Position numbers and translations under genes: made by a program. The notes beneath the pieces were generated by a model. It had not been told where the DNA came from. It did no database searches and was given only the letters and a program-made list of their open reading frames with translations. A DNA stretch of 64,000 bases from the NCBI RefSeq assembly GCF_053078305.1, contig NZ_CP166879.1; one strand, given 5' to 3'. Numbering within the stretch: position 1 is the stretch's first letter; the number at the start of each line of letters is the position of its first letter. This document shows, piece by piece, positions 45,635 through 56,052 of this stretch.

Positions 45635-46063
45635 TTACGCTTTGGTGGCAATCAGGATGGCTGATGCTTTGATCAATGCAATAACGCGTGAGCCAGTGGT
45701 GAGTTTCATTTCATCCTGACTTTCATTTGTTACCACTGCCACAATTTCAAAACCCGCATCCGTTTTGATATGGACAGTGGCGTTCACTGCGCCTTCGGTG
45801 ATTGTCGACACGCTGCCAGCAAACTGGTTGCGAGCAGAGAATTTCAGTCCACAGTCTTCCGTGGCCAGCGTTACCCACGGGGCTTTAATCAGGGCAATCG
45901 CTTCTTTCCCTTTTGCCAGCCCCAGAGCCTGTTGGCTGCTGTGTGTAACAATCGCCACCAGTTTTGCACCACCTGCCAGCGTCAGTTCTACTTCGTCATT
46001 CACCGCGCCCATTGCTACTGCGCTAACTGTTCCGGTTAATTGATTTCTTGCTGAAACTGCCAT
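45635..46063 (-). CDS. Tandem Mop/TOBE-domain molybdate-binding protein (molbindin-like)
   Basis: 142 aa from the ATG at 46063, preceded by AAGGAGG; two repeats of about 70 aa each (...LTGTVSAV...VELTLAGGAKLVAIVT... / ...FAGSVSTI...VHIKTDAGFEIVAVVT...). Lies 44 bp downstream of the fhlA stop, same strand. Confidence 0.75.
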   Translation of the reverse strand: MAVSARNQLTGTVSAVAMGAVNDEVELTLAGGAKLVAIVTHSSQQALGLAKGKEAIALIKAPWVTLATEDCGLKFSARNQFAGSVSTITEGAVNATVHIKTDAGFEIVAVVTNESQDEMKLTTGSRVIALIKASAILIATKA

Positions 46064-46107
46064 ACTGCCTCCTTTCATTGAATGTTGATCGAGTATAACC
46101 ACATCTG

Positions 46108-48186
46108 TTAAATCAATGCCGATTTATCAATTCCCAGTCGCTTCATCCGTGACAGCAGGGTCGTGCGTTTCAGCCCCAGACGTTGCGCAGCGCCTTTAGG
46201 CCCGGCAACCACGCCGTTAGTTTCTTTCAGCACGCGAACAATCAACTGATATTCATCTTCGCCCTCCTGAGCGACAACCGTTGCGGCAGGCGGCGTTTCA
46301 GGTTCCGGTAAAGCAATATCTGGCAATGACAGCTGCAGCACGTTGCCGCGTGTTAGCAATACTGCGCGCTCAATGACGTTTTCCAGTTCGCGTACGTTAC
46401 CCGGCCACTCCATGTTGCTCAAGGTGCGCAGCGTCTCGGCAGGAATGCTGTCGATATTGCGCCCCAGACGACGGGCAATTTTGAAGGTAAAGGCTTTCGC
46501 CAGCAGCGGAATATCTTCCGGACGCTCGCGTAGTGGCGGAAGGTGAATCGGAAATACGTTCAGGCGGTAATAGAGATCGCTACGGAACTCTCGGTCGGCG
46601 ACCATTTTTTTCAGATCGCGGTTAGTCGCGGCGATTAGACGCACGTCCGTCTGAATGATTTTGTTGCTGCCGAGGCGTTCAAACTCCTGTTCCTGCAATA
46701 CACGCAGCAACTTCGGCTGTAACTCCAGTGGCATATCGCCCACTTCGTCGAGGAACAGGGAGCTTTTATCCGCCAGTTCAAAACGACCGATACGCTGGGC
46801 GCTGGCACCGGTAAAAGCCCCACGCTCATGACCAAACAGATCGCTCTCCAGCAATCCGGCAGGCATCGCCGCGCAGTTCATTTTGACCATGCGGCGATTA
46901 TTACGCCCACTGAGATTATGGATAGCACGGGCAATCAGCTCTTTACCCGTGCCAGTTTCACCGAGGATCAGCACGGTACTGTCACTTTGCGCCACCATTT
47001 CAACTTGTTTAAGCACGCTGTACATGGCTTCGCTGCGGCCAATAATCTCGCCAAATTCACTATCAACATTGTTGAGCTGCTCGGTCAGGGCGAGGTTTTC
47101 ATCAACCAGCCGTTCTTTCAGACGATGGATTTCCTGATAGGCGAGGGCGTTATCGACAGCGATTGCCACACGTTCGGCAATCTGGCGCAGTAAATTCAGA
47201 TTGGTAGTGGTAAACACTTTCTCTTCACATTGCGCCAGTTTCAGCACGCCCAGCATGGTGTCGCCAGACATCAGCGGTAACAGGCACAAGGTTTGAATCT
47301 GGTTGCCCCAGGTATCGAACAACATGCGTTCATAGGGGGCTAAATCATCCCGCTCGTGGAGATTAATCAGCAGCATCTCTTTACTTTTGAACACGCGTTC
47401 GGTGAGGGTTCCGGCTTCATCGACTTCGCTCTGTTCGTGGGCGGGATGCTGTTTATCAAGATAGTGAGTGGAGTAGATGTTGAGTTTGTTTTTACGGTGG
47501 CTGCGTAAGACAATGCTGATATCGTCAATGTCGAAATAGTAATGGATTTCTTTGGCGACTTCGCTGACCAGTTCGTCCATATCCAGGCGGGAAAGCACCG
47601 CGTTGGTGATGGCGACCAGGATGCGGAAGTTATCGCGTTCCCGGCATAACAACTCATAGTCGACATTGTTAACGACGCGACTCTGGATTTGTTCGGTGAC
47701 GACAGAAACGATTTGCGTAAATGTTTGCAGACGATTGAACTCTTTTTCGCTCCAGGGGCGATCGTCATAACGAATAAATTCACAGCCACCAAAAATATGC
47801 CCTTCCGCCGCCAGTGGCATCAGGCAATAGTGACCAAATTTTGGGTATAGCCCACCTGCGGCCAGCTGCGGCCAGGTTTCACAAAATTCTTCGTAACTGC
47901 AATGCAGCGTATCAGGGCGCGACAAAATGCTGCGTACCGGACCGTGTGCCAGAACAGTTTCGTCTTCATATTTAATGGGGGTGTCTTTTTCACGCGATGC
48001 GTAATAAGACGCACGTTGAGTCTGCGCTTGCCACAACACAATAGCCGCGTTGTCGGCGAGCGCAGAACGCTTTACCAGTTGCGAAAGAGCCTCACACAGC
48101 GAGGCCAGATCGGGCTGCTGCAATAGTGTCCGAGTGATGTCGAACAACCCTTGCTGTCCGAGATCACTCATCGGTGTATATGACAT
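46108..48186 (-). CDS. fhlA: Formate hydrogenlyase transcriptional activator (sigma-54 enhancer-binding protein)
   Basis: 692 aa from MSYTPMSDLGQQG...; AAA+ sigma-54 activation domain (GETGTGKE, GAFTGA) and C-terminal HTH. Confidence 0.95.
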   Translation of the reverse strand: MSYTPMSDLGQQGLFDITRTLLQQPDLASLCEALSQLVKRSALADNAAIVLWQAQTQRASYYASREKDTPIKYEDETVLAHGPVRSILSRPDTLHCSYEEFCETWPQLAAGGLYPKFGHYCLMPLAAEGHIFGGCEFIRYDDRPWSEKEFNRLQTFTQIVSVVTEQIQSRVVNNVDYELLCRERDNFRILVAITNAVLSRLDMDELVSEVAKEIHYYFDIDDISIVLRSHRKNKLNIYSTHYLDKQHPAHEQSEVDEAGTLTERVFKSKEMLLINLHERDDLAPYERMLFDTWGNQIQTLCLLPLMSGDTMLGVLKLAQCEEKVFTTTNLNLLRQIAERVAIAVDNALAYQEIHRLKERLVDENLALTEQLNNVDSEFGEIIGRSEAMYSVLKQVEMVAQSDSTVLILGETGTGKELIARAIHNLSGRNNRRMVKMNCAAMPAGLLESDLFGHERGAFTGASAQRIGRFELADKSSLFLDEVGDMPLELQPKLLRVLQEQEFERLGSNKIIQTDVRLIAATNRDLKKMVADREFRSDLYYRLNVFPIHLPPLRERPEDIPLLAKAFTFKIARRLGRNIDSIPAETLRTLSNMEWPGNVRELENVIERAVLLTRGNVLQLSLPDIALPEPETPPAATVVAQEGEDEYQLIVRVLKETNGVVAGPKGAAQRLGLKRTTLLSRMKRLGIDKSALI

Positions 48187-48259
48187 TTTGTTCTTCCAGG
48201 AAAGCACCGCAAAGCGGTGCAAAAGGTCATTGACTAACTATAGGAGATTTAGAATTTTA

Positions 48260-49270
48260 TTAGCATATACGCGGAAGCGGTTCGGCGTGTGGTAAATCGA
48301 GGGTTCGTTTCACGCCATACAGACCGGCAAGACGAACACCTTTACGTTCCACCACTTCACCAATCAGCGCCGCGTCTTTCCCCAGTGGATGGGAATGTAA
48401 CGCTGCCAGCACTTGCTCTGCCGCGTTGCGTTCAACGGCGATCACCAGTTTGCCTTCGTTGGCAAAGTTCAGGGCGTCCAGTCCCAGCAATTCGCAAACG
48501 CCGCGCACGGCAGGTTTAACCGGCAGTGCCGCTTCTGAAATTTCAATACCGCAACCGCAGGCTGCCGCGAACTCATGAACCACCGCGTTTACACCACCAC
48601 GGGTGGCATCACGCAGCGCTTTCACGCCGGGAATGTCACGCAGCGTCTGAATAAGCGGCGTCAGCACCGCGCAGTCGCTGACCAGTTCGCCATCCAGCCC
48701 CAGCTGCTCACGCAGGTTAAGGATAGTCGCCCCGTGGTCGCCGAGTGTACCGCTAACCAGCAATACATCGCCTGCGGTTAGCGTCTGTGCGCCCCAGTGA
48801 ATATTCGCCGGAATTGCGCCCATGCCCGCGGTGTTGATAAACAGTTTATCTGCCGCGCCGCGCTGCACCACTTTAGTATCGCCAGTAACGATGGCAATGC
48901 CTGCCGTGCGGGCGGTTTCTGCCATGCTGGTCACTACGGCTTTCAGTGTCTCCATCGGCAATCCTTCTTCGAGGATAAAGCCACAGGAGAGATAGCGCGG
49001 AATAGCGCCACTGACCGCAACGTCATTGGCGGTGCCGCAAATCGCCAGCTTGCCGATATTACCGCCAGGGAAGAACAGCGGGTCAATAACGTAACTGTCG
49101 GTGGAGAACGCCAGACGGTCGCCTTCCGCTACCAGTTGCGCCAGATCAAGACGTGCCTGATCTTCCTGCTCTGCCAGCCACGGGTTGGCAAAGGCTTCCA
49201 TAAACAGGCTGTTGATTAATTGCTGCATCGCCTGGCCGCCGCTGCCGTGGGCGAGTTGGATATTATTCAC
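48260..49270 (-). CDS. hypE: Hydrogenase maturation carbamoyl dehydratase HypE
   Basis: 336-aa ORF ending ...PRIC. Confidence 0.95.
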   Translation of the reverse strand: MNNIQLAHGSGGQAMQQLINSLFMEAFANPWLAEQEDQARLDLAQLVAEGDRLAFSTDSYVIDPLFFPGGNIGKLAICGTANDVAVSGAIPRYLSCGFILEEGLPMETLKAVVTSMAETARTAGIAIVTGDTKVVQRGAADKLFINTAGMGAIPANIHWGAQTLTAGDVLLVSGTLGDHGATILNLREQLGLDGELVSDCAVLTPLIQTLRDIPGVKALRDATRGGVNAVVHEFAAACGCGIEISEAALPVKPAVRGVCELLGLDALNFANEGKLVIAVERNAAEQVLAALHSHPLGKDAALIGEVVERKGVRLAGLYGVKRTLDLPHAEPLPRIC

Positions 49271-50388
49271 GCTTCACTCTCCTGCTGACGATACTGATAC
49301 CACGCGGCGCACGCTCCTTCGGAGGAAACCATCAGCGCACCAAACGCGGTTTGAGGATTACAGGTGTTACCAAACAGCGGGCATTGATGCGGCTTACATT
49401 TGCCCGTCAAGACTTCGCCACAACGCGCGCGCGGGTCATCGCAGACCTGCTGCGGTGCCGGGCGGAAATGTGCTTCGGCATCGAATCGTTGATAATCCGG
49501 CGTCAGGTGCACGCCAGAAGATTCAATCACGCCTAAGCCGCGCCATTCGCTGTCGCCGTTGACACAGAACACATCGGCAATCGCCTGTTGCGCCAGCAGG
49601 TTACCGGCATCCGGTACCACCCGACGATACTGATTCTCTACCTTGCTGTGGGCCGCTATTTTCTGCTCCACCAGCATCACCACGCCTTGCAGTAGATCAA
49701 GGGGTTCGAAACCAGCGACCACCAGCGGACGCTGAAAATCGCTGGCGATAAAATTATAGGCATCAGTGCCGATAACCATACTAACGTGGCCCGGCGCGAG
49801 GAACGCGTCGATACCGTTATCCGGCTGTTCCAGCAAACTGCGAAGCGTCGGGATAAGCGTAATGTGCTGGCAGAAGAAGTAAAAATTCTGCACATCACGC
49901 GCTTTCGCCTGTTGCAGAGTGATAGCGGTGGTCGGCATGGTGGTTTCAAAACCTAAGCCGAAGAACACCACTTTGCGGGTTGGATTCTCCTGCGCCAGTT
50001 TCAACGCATCCATCGGCGAGTAAACGATGCGCACATCGGCACCGCGTGCTTTTGCCTGCAACAGCGATCCCTGTTTCCCCGGCACGCGCATGGCGTCGCC
50101 AAAGGTACAGAAGATGACTTCCGGATGGCTGGCAATCTCCACGCAGGTGTCGATTCTGCCCATCGGCAGTACGCACACCGGGCAACCCGGACCGTGGATA
50201 AACTCAACGTTTTCAGGCAGTAACTGGTCGAGGCCGAATTTAAAAATGGCGTGGGTATGACCACCGCACACTTCCATAATCCGCAGAGGGCGTTCGGCGG
50301 TGTAAGAGAGATGTGAAGCACGTTCGCGCAGATGCTCAATTAACTGCATCACCTGTTCCGGCGCGCGATATTCATCAACAAAACGCAT
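49267..50388 (-). CDS. hypD: Hydrogenase maturation factor HypD
   Basis: 373-aa ORF with conserved Cys motifs. Confidence 0.95.
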   Translation of the reverse strand: MRFVDEYRAPEQVMQLIEHLRERASHLSYTAERPLRIMEVCGGHTHAIFKFGLDQLLPENVEFIHGPGCPVCVLPMGRIDTCVEIASHPEVIFCTFGDAMRVPGKQGSLLQAKARGADVRIVYSPMDALKLAQENPTRKVVFFGLGFETTMPTTAITLQQAKARDVQNFYFFCQHITLIPTLRSLLEQPDNGIDAFLAPGHVSMVIGTDAYNFIASDFQRPLVVAGFEPLDLLQGVVMLVEQKIAAHSKVENQYRRVVPDAGNLLAQQAIADVFCVNGDSEWRGLGVIESSGVHLTPDYQRFDAEAHFRPAPQQVCDDPRARCGEVLTGKCKPHQCPLFGNTCNPQTAFGALMVSSEGACAAWYQYRQQESEA

Positions 50389-50660
50389 TATTTTTCCTCG
50401 CCATACAACAGCGCGCCGACATCCGGCTCAACGTCAAACATGTTTTGTAAGGCGTCGAGAGTGTCGCGTGCTTCGGCTTCATTAATTACGCTCATGGCAA
50501 AGCCAACGTGTACCAGTACCCACTGGCCCACGCGCGGCTGACCGTTTTCATCGCAGCTGCCGACTAACGTTAAATCGACATCGCGCTGAATGCCGCAGAC
50601 GTCGACTTTCGCCTGGTTGCCGTCAATGGTGCGGATCTGGCCGGGAACGCCTATGCACAT
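50388..50660 (-). CDS. hypC: Hydrogenase maturation chaperone HypC
   Basis: 90 aa from MCIGVPGQI... Confidence 0.9.
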   Translation of the reverse strand: MCIGVPGQIRTIDGNQAKVDVCGIQRDVDLTLVGSCDENGQPRVGQWVLVHVGFAMSVINEAEARDTLDALQNMFDVEPDVGALLYGEEK

Positions 50661-51523
50661 CGCTGTGTCTCCAGCCAGTTCAGCCACTGGTCCATCCCTT
50701 CGCCGCTGGTGGCGGAAATAAGGATGATTTCAATTTCTGGATTGACTTCGCGGGCGCAGGCGATGCACTTCTCAACGTCAAAGTTGAGATACGGCAACAG
50801 GTCAACTTTGTTGAGCAGCATCAGCGAGGCGGCGGCAAACATATGCGGATATTTCAGCGGTTTGTCTTCACCTTCGGTAACGGAAAGCACCGCCACTTTG
50901 TGTTTTTCACCGAGATCGAAGCTGGCCGGGCATACGAGGTTGCCAACGTTTTCGATAAACAGAATACCGTTATCGTCCAGTGGCAGGCGCGGTGCGGCGT
51001 CAGCAATCATCTGTGCGTCAAGATGGCAGCCTTTACCGGTATTCACCTGAATCGCTGGTGTGCCGGTAGCGCGAATGCGTGCGGCATCGTTCACGGTTTG
51101 CTGATCGCCTTCAATAACCGCGCACGGAACGCTGTCTTTCAGGCGCATTAAGGTTTCCGTCAGCAGGGTGGTTTTACCGGAACCAGGGCTGGAAACCAGG
51201 TTGAGCACCAGTTGCTTGCGGGCAGCAAAGCGCGCGCGGTTGCGTTCAGCCAGACGGTTGTTTTTGTCCAGCACGTCAATTTCGACTTCCAGCATCCGGC
51301 GCTGGCTCATGCCCGGTGCGTGAGTGCCCGCTTCGCCATGACCGTAATGCAGGTCGCCTTCTTCAGTCTGGCTGGGGGTAAATTCAGGCGCTTTAATGCC
51401 GGTGATTTTCATCTTCGGGCGTGCCGCCGGGGCAAATGGCGCGCTACGAAACGCGGAATGAGGGTTATGTTCATCACCCTCGATATACAGGTTGCCTTCA
51501 CCGCAACCGCATGTTGTACACAT
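50651..51523 (-). CDS. hypB: Hydrogenase nickel-incorporation GTPase HypB
   Basis: 290-aa ORF; His/Cys-rich N-terminus; P-loop GSGKTT. Confidence 0.95.
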   Translation of the reverse strand: MCTTCGCGEGNLYIEGDEHNPHSAFRSAPFAPAARPKMKITGIKAPEFTPSQTEEGDLHYGHGEAGTHAPGMSQRRMLEVEIDVLDKNNRLAERNRARFAARKQLVLNLVSSPGSGKTTLLTETLMRLKDSVPCAVIEGDQQTVNDAARIRATGTPAIQVNTGKGCHLDAQMIADAAPRLPLDDNGILFIENVGNLVCPASFDLGEKHKVAVLSVTEGEDKPLKYPHMFAAASLMLLNKVDLLPYLNFDVEKCIACAREVNPEIEIILISATSGEGMDQWLNWLETQRCA

Positions 51524-51526
51524 CGC

Positions 51527-51877
51527 TCACTCCTGGTCTATTTCTATCCGCCGAATCTGTAAACCGTCGTCTGCCACAATCTGTAGCATGTCACCATGAC
51601 ACTGTGGACAGCGGCGGACGCGCTGGGTCAGTAGCGTCACATACTGTTGGCATGTTTCACACCAGCATTCGGCCTCTTGTTCTTCGAGGTGCAGTTTACA
51701 ACCTTCCGCCACGCTGCCGCGGCAAACCAGATCAAAACAAAAGGCAAGAGAGCTGGTTTCGACACAAGAAAATGCGCCAATTTTGAGCCAGACCCCAGTT
51801 ACGCGTTTTGCGCCGTGTTTTGCGGCCTGCTGTTCGATCAATTCCAGTGCCCGTTGGCAGAGGGTTATTTCGTGCAT
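51527..51877 (-). CDS. hypA: Hydrogenase nickel-incorporation protein HypA
   Basis: 116 aa from MHEITLCQRALELIE...; C-terminal CxxC...CxxC zinc site. Confidence 0.95.
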   Translation of the reverse strand: MHEITLCQRALELIEQQAAKHGAKRVTGVWLKIGAFSCVETSSLAFCFDLVCRGSVAEGCKLHLEEQEAECWCETCQQYVTLLTQRVRRCPQCHGDMLQIVADDGLQIRRIEIDQE

Positions 51878-51918
51878 ATCGCCTCCCATTAACTATTGCC
51901 AGCTACAAGCAATAATTG

Positions 51919-51933
51919 TGCCAGTGTTGATTA
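51919..51933 (-). promoter_or_regulatory. Sigma-54 (-24/-12) promoter for the hyp operon
   Basis: The bottom strand reads TGGCACAATTATTGC (TGGCAC-N5-TTGC), about 30 bp upstream of the hypA start. Confidence 0.6.
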
Positions 51934-52036
51934 TCCCTGCAGTGAATAATGTCGATGATGTCGAAATGACACGTCGACACGGCGACGAAATTCACCAAAA
52001 TCTTAAAAATCGCTTTAATAACAATAAATTAAAAGT

Positions 52037-52051
52037 TGGCACAAAAAATGC
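52037..52051 (+). promoter_or_regulatory. Sigma-54 (-24/-12) promoter for the hyc operon
   Basis: TGGCACAAAAAATGC with GG/GC spacing as in the sigma-54 consensus, about 38 bp upstream of the hycA start. Confidence 0.55.
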
Positions 52052-52088
52052 TTAAAGCTGGCATCTCTGTTAAACGGGTAACCTGACA

Positions 52089-52550
52089 ATGACTATTTGG
52101 GAAATAAGCGAGAAAGCCGATTACATCGCACAGCGGCATCGTCGCCTACAGGACCAGTGGCACATCTACTGCAATTCGCTGGTTCAGGGGATCACGTTAT
52201 CGAAAGCTCGCCTGCATCACGCCATGAGCTGCGCGCCGGACAAAGAACTCTGTTTCGTCCTTTTTGAACATTTTCGTATTTACGTCACCCTGGCGGATGG
52301 CTTTAACAGCCACACCATCGAGTATTACGTCGAAACAAAAGATGGCGAAGACAAACAGCGGATTGCGCAGGCACAACTGAGCATTGACGGCATGATTGAT
52401 GGCAAGGTCAACATCCGCGATCGCGAACAGGTTCTGGAACACTATCTCGAAAAAATCGCTGGCGTTTACGACAGCTTATACACCGCTATTGAAAACAATG
52501 TGCCGGTGAATTTAAGCCAACTGGTAAAGGGACAAAGCCCGGCAGCATGA
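52089..52550 (+). CDS. hycA: Formate hydrogenlyase regulatory protein HycA
   Basis: 153-aa ORF, first gene of the hyc operon. Confidence 0.9.
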   Translation: MTIWEISEKADYIAQRHRRLQDQWHIYCNSLVQGITLSKARLHHAMSCAPDKELCFVLFEHFRIYVTLADGFNSHTIEYYVETKDGEDKQRIAQAQLSIDGMIDGKVNIRDREQVLEHYLEKIAGVYDSLYTAIENNVPVNLSQLVKGQSPAA

Positions 52551-52674
52551 GCTGAGGCTTTGCCCGTTTTGCAGGCGTTACGCCTGTTTGGGGATGGGCG
52601 TGTCGATGAGTGTCGAAAATGACATTTCATCGGCATGTTTTCGTCAAAAATGACAATCACCTGAGGAATGCCTG

Positions 52675-53286
52675 GTGAATCGTTTTGTAATTGCTGACTC
52701 CACGCTCTGTATCGGCTGCCACACTTGTGAGGCCGCCTGTTCAGAGACGCATCGCCAGCACGGCCTGCAATCAATGCCGCGCCTGAGAGTGATGCTAAAT
52801 GAAAAAGAATCTGCGCCGCAGCTCTGTCACCACTGTGAAGATGCACCCTGCGCGGTGGTCTGCCCGGTTAACGCCATCACCCGCGTTGATGGGGCCGTGC
52901 AGTTGAATGAAAGCCTGTGCGTAAGCTGCAAACTGTGCGGCATCGCCTGCCCGTTTGGCGCAATTGAATTTTCCGGCAGCCGTCCGCTGGATATTCCGGC
53001 AAACGCCAATACCCCGAAAGCGCCACCGGCACCGCCTGCTCCGGCGCGTGTCAGCACATTGCTTGACTGGGTGCCAGGTATTCGCGCGATCGCCGTCAAA
53101 TGTGACCTTTGTAGCTTTGATGAACAAGGTCCGGCCTGCGTGCGGATGTGCCCGACTAAAGCCCTGCATCTGGTGGATAACACCGATATCGCCCGCGTCA
53201 GCAAACGTAAGCGTGAGCTGACCTTTAACACGGACTTTGGCGATCTCACCTTGTTTCAGCAGGCTCAAAGTGGAGAGGCTAAATGA
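52675..53286 (+). CDS. hycB: FHL complex 4Fe-4S ferredoxin subunit
   Basis: 203-aa ORF with multiple CxxCxxCxxxCP motifs. Confidence 0.95.
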   Translation: MNRFVIADSTLCIGCHTCEAACSETHRQHGLQSMPRLRVMLNEKESAPQLCHHCEDAPCAVVCPVNAITRVDGAVQLNESLCVSCKLCGIACPFGAIEFSGSRPLDIPANANTPKAPPAPPAPARVSTLLDWVPGIRAIAVKCDLCSFDEQGPACVRMCPTKALHLVDNTDIARVSKRKRELTFNTDFGDLTLFQQAQSGEAK

Positions 53287-55109
53287 GCGCAATTTCCCTG
53301 ATCAATAGCGGCGTGGCGTGGTTTGTCGCCGCCGCTGTTCTGGCATTTCTCTTTTCTTTTCAAAAGGCGCTAAGCGGCTGGATAGCCGGAATTGGCGGCG
53401 TTGTTGGTAGTCTGTATACGGCAGCCGCGGGCTTCACTGTACTGACTGGCGCGGTTGGCGTGAGCGGTGCGCTGTCGCTGGTAAGCTACGATGTGCAAAT
53501 CTCTCCGCTTAACGCGATTTGGCTGATTACGCTCGGTCTGTGCGGTCTGTTTGTCAGCCTCTACAACATTGACTGGCATCGCCACGCGCAGGTGAAGTGC
53601 AACGGCTTGCAGATCAATATGTTGATGGCTGCCGCCGTCTGCGCCGTCATCGCCAGCAACCTCGGCATGTTCGTGGTAATGGCTGAAGTCATGGCCTTGT
53701 GTGCGGTGTTCCTCACCAACAACAGCAAAGAGGGCAAACTGTGGTTTGCGCTGGGGCGTCTTGGCACTCTGCTGCTGGCGATTGCTTGCTGGCTGCTGTG
53801 GCAGCGTTACGGCACGCTGGATCTGCGCCTGCTGGATATGCGTATGCAACAGCTGCCGCTCGGTTCCGATATCTGGCTGCTCGGTGTGATTGGCTTTGGC
53901 CTGCTGGCCGGGATTATTCCGCTGCACGGCTGGGTGCCGCAGGCACATGCGAACGCCTCTGCGCCAGCTGCCGCGTTGTTTTCTACGGTAGTCATGAAAA
54001 TTGGCCTGCTGGGCATTTTAACCCTGTCACTGCTGGGCGGTAATGCACCGCTGTGGTGGGGGATCGCGCTGCTGGTGCTCGGTATGATCACCGCGTTCGT
54101 CGGTGGTCTGTATGCGCTGATGGAGCATAACATCCAGCGTCTACTGGCTTACCACACCCTGGAAAATATCGGCATTATCCTGCTGGGGCTGGGCGCTGGC
54201 GTAACGGGTATCGCGCTCGAACAACCGGCGCTGATTGCTCTTGGCCTGGTCGGTGGTCTGTACCATCTGCTTAACCATAGCCTGTTCAAAAGCGTACTGT
54301 TCCTCGGGGCGGGGAGCGTCTGGTTCCGTACCGGTCATCGCGATATCGAAAAACTCGGTGGTATTGGCAAGAAAATGCCGGTTATCTCCATCGCTATGTT
54401 AGTCGGGCTGATGGCAATGGCTGCACTGCCGCCGCTGAACGGTTTTGCCGGGGAATGGGTTATCTATCAATCCTTCTTCAAACTGAGCAATAGTGGCGCG
54501 TTTATTGCCCGTCTGCTGGGGCCGCTGCTCGCTGTGGGTCTGGCAATTACCGGTGCGCTGGCGGTGATGTGTATGGCGAAAGTCTATGGCGTCACGTTCC
54601 TCGGCGCGCCGCGTACCAAAGAAGCCGAAAACGCCACCTGTGCGCCGCTCCTGATGAGCGTAAGCGTAGTGGCACTGGCGATTTGCTGCGTAATTGGCGG
54701 TGTTGCTGCGCCGTGGCTGCTGCCGATGCTGTCTGCTGCTGTACCTCTGCCGCTGGAGCCTGCTAACACCACCGTTTCTCAACCGATGATCACGTTGCTG
54801 CTGATTGCCTGCCCGCTGCTGCCATTCATCATTATGGCGATTTGCAAAGGCGATCGTTTGCCATCGCGTTCCCGCGGCGCGGCCTGGGTGTGCGGCTACG
54901 ACCACGAAAAATCAATGGTGATTACCGCTCACGGTTTTGCCATGCCGGTGAAACAGGCGTTTGCGCCGGTGCTGAAACTACGCAAATGGCTGAATCCGGT
55001 GTCTCTGGTGCCGGGCTGGCAGTGCGAGGGGAGTGCGTTGCTGTTCCGCCGGATGGCGCTGGTTGAACTGGCGGTACTGGTGGTGATTATTGTTTCACGA
55101 GGAGCCTGA
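53283..55109 (+). CDS. hycC: FHL complex membrane subunit (NuoL-like antiporter module)
   Basis: 608-aa polytopic membrane ORF. Confidence 0.95.
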   Translation: MSAISLINSGVAWFVAAAVLAFLFSFQKALSGWIAGIGGVVGSLYTAAAGFTVLTGAVGVSGALSLVSYDVQISPLNAIWLITLGLCGLFVSLYNIDWHRHAQVKCNGLQINMLMAAAVCAVIASNLGMFVVMAEVMALCAVFLTNNSKEGKLWFALGRLGTLLLAIACWLLWQRYGTLDLRLLDMRMQQLPLGSDIWLLGVIGFGLLAGIIPLHGWVPQAHANASAPAAALFSTVVMKIGLLGILTLSLLGGNAPLWWGIALLVLGMITAFVGGLYALMEHNIQRLLAYHTLENIGIILLGLGAGVTGIALEQPALIALGLVGGLYHLLNHSLFKSVLFLGAGSVWFRTGHRDIEKLGGIGKKMPVISIAMLVGLMAMAALPPLNGFAGEWVIYQSFFKLSNSGAFIARLLGPLLAVGLAITGALAVMCMAKVYGVTFLGAPRTKEAENATCAPLLMSVSVVALAICCVIGGVAAPWLLPMLSAAVPLPLEPANTTVSQPMITLLLIACPLLPFIIMAICKGDRLPSRSRGAAWVCGYDHEKSMVITAHGFAMPVKQAFAPVLKLRKWLNPVSLVPGWQCEGSALLFRRMALVELAVLVVIIVSRGA

Positions 55110-55111
55110 GA

Positions 55112-56035
55112 ATGAGTGTTTTATATCCGTTAATTCAGGCGCTGGTGTTATTTGCCGTTGCGCCGCTGCTCTCCGGTATTACCCGCGTGGCGCGCGCCCG
55201 TCTGCATAACCGTCGTGGGCCGGGTGTGTTGCAGGAGTATCGTGACATTTTCAAACTGCTGGGCCGCCAGAGCGTTGGCCCGGATGCCTCCGGCTGGGTG
55301 TTCCGCCTGACGCCGTATGTGATGGTGGGCGTCATGCTGACTATCGCTACTGCGCTGCCGGTGGTGACCGTCGGTTCTCCGCTGCCGCAACTGGGTGATT
55401 TGATCACCTTACTGTATCTCTTTGCCATCGCGCGTTTCTTCTTTGCCATTTCTGGTCTGGATACCGGTAGCCCGTTTACCGCTATCGGCGCGAGCCGTGA
55501 AGCGATGCTTGGCGTGCTGGTCGAACCGATGCTGCTGCTTGGTCTGTGGGTTGCCGCACAGGTTGCCGGTTCCACCAACATCAGCAACATCACCGACACC
55601 GTTTATCACTGGCCGCTGAGCCAGAGCATCCCGCTGGTGCTGGCGCTTTGTGCCTGTGCGTTCGCCACTTTTATCGAAATGGGCAAACTGCCGTTCGACC
55701 TGGCGGAAGCCGAGCAGGAGTTGCAGGAAGGTCCGCTCTCTGAGTATAGCGGCAGCGGCTTTGGCGTCATGAAATGGGGTATCAGCCTGAAACAGCTGGT
55801 GGTGCTGCAGATGTTCGTCGGGGTGTTTATTCCGTGGGGACAAATGGAAACCTTCACCGTCGGTGGGCTGCTGCTGGCGCTGGTGATTGCCATCGTCAAA
55901 CTGGTCGTCGGCGTCCTGGTTATCGCGCTGTTCGAAAACAGCATGGCCCGTCTGCGTCTTGATATTACTCCGCGCATTACCTGGGCTGGGTTTGGCTTTG
56001 CATTTTTAGCGTTCGTCTCCTTGCTGGCGGCGTGA
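55112..56035 (+). CDS. hycD: FHL complex membrane subunit (NuoH-like)
   Basis: 307-aa membrane ORF. Confidence 0.95.
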   Translation: MSVLYPLIQALVLFAVAPLLSGITRVARARLHNRRGPGVLQEYRDIFKLLGRQSVGPDASGWVFRLTPYVMVGVMLTIATALPVVTVGSPLPQLGDLITLLYLFAIARFFFAISGLDTGSPFTAIGASREAMLGVLVEPMLLLGLWVAAQVAGSTNISNITDTVYHWPLSQSIPLVLALCACAFATFIEMGKLPFDLAEAEQELQEGPLSEYSGSGFGVMKWGISLKQLVVLQMFVGVFIPWGQMETFTVGGLLLALVIAIVKLVVGVLVIALFENSMARLRLDITPRITWAGFGFAFLAFVSLLAA

Positions 56036-56052
56036 TTAAAGAGAGTTTGAGC

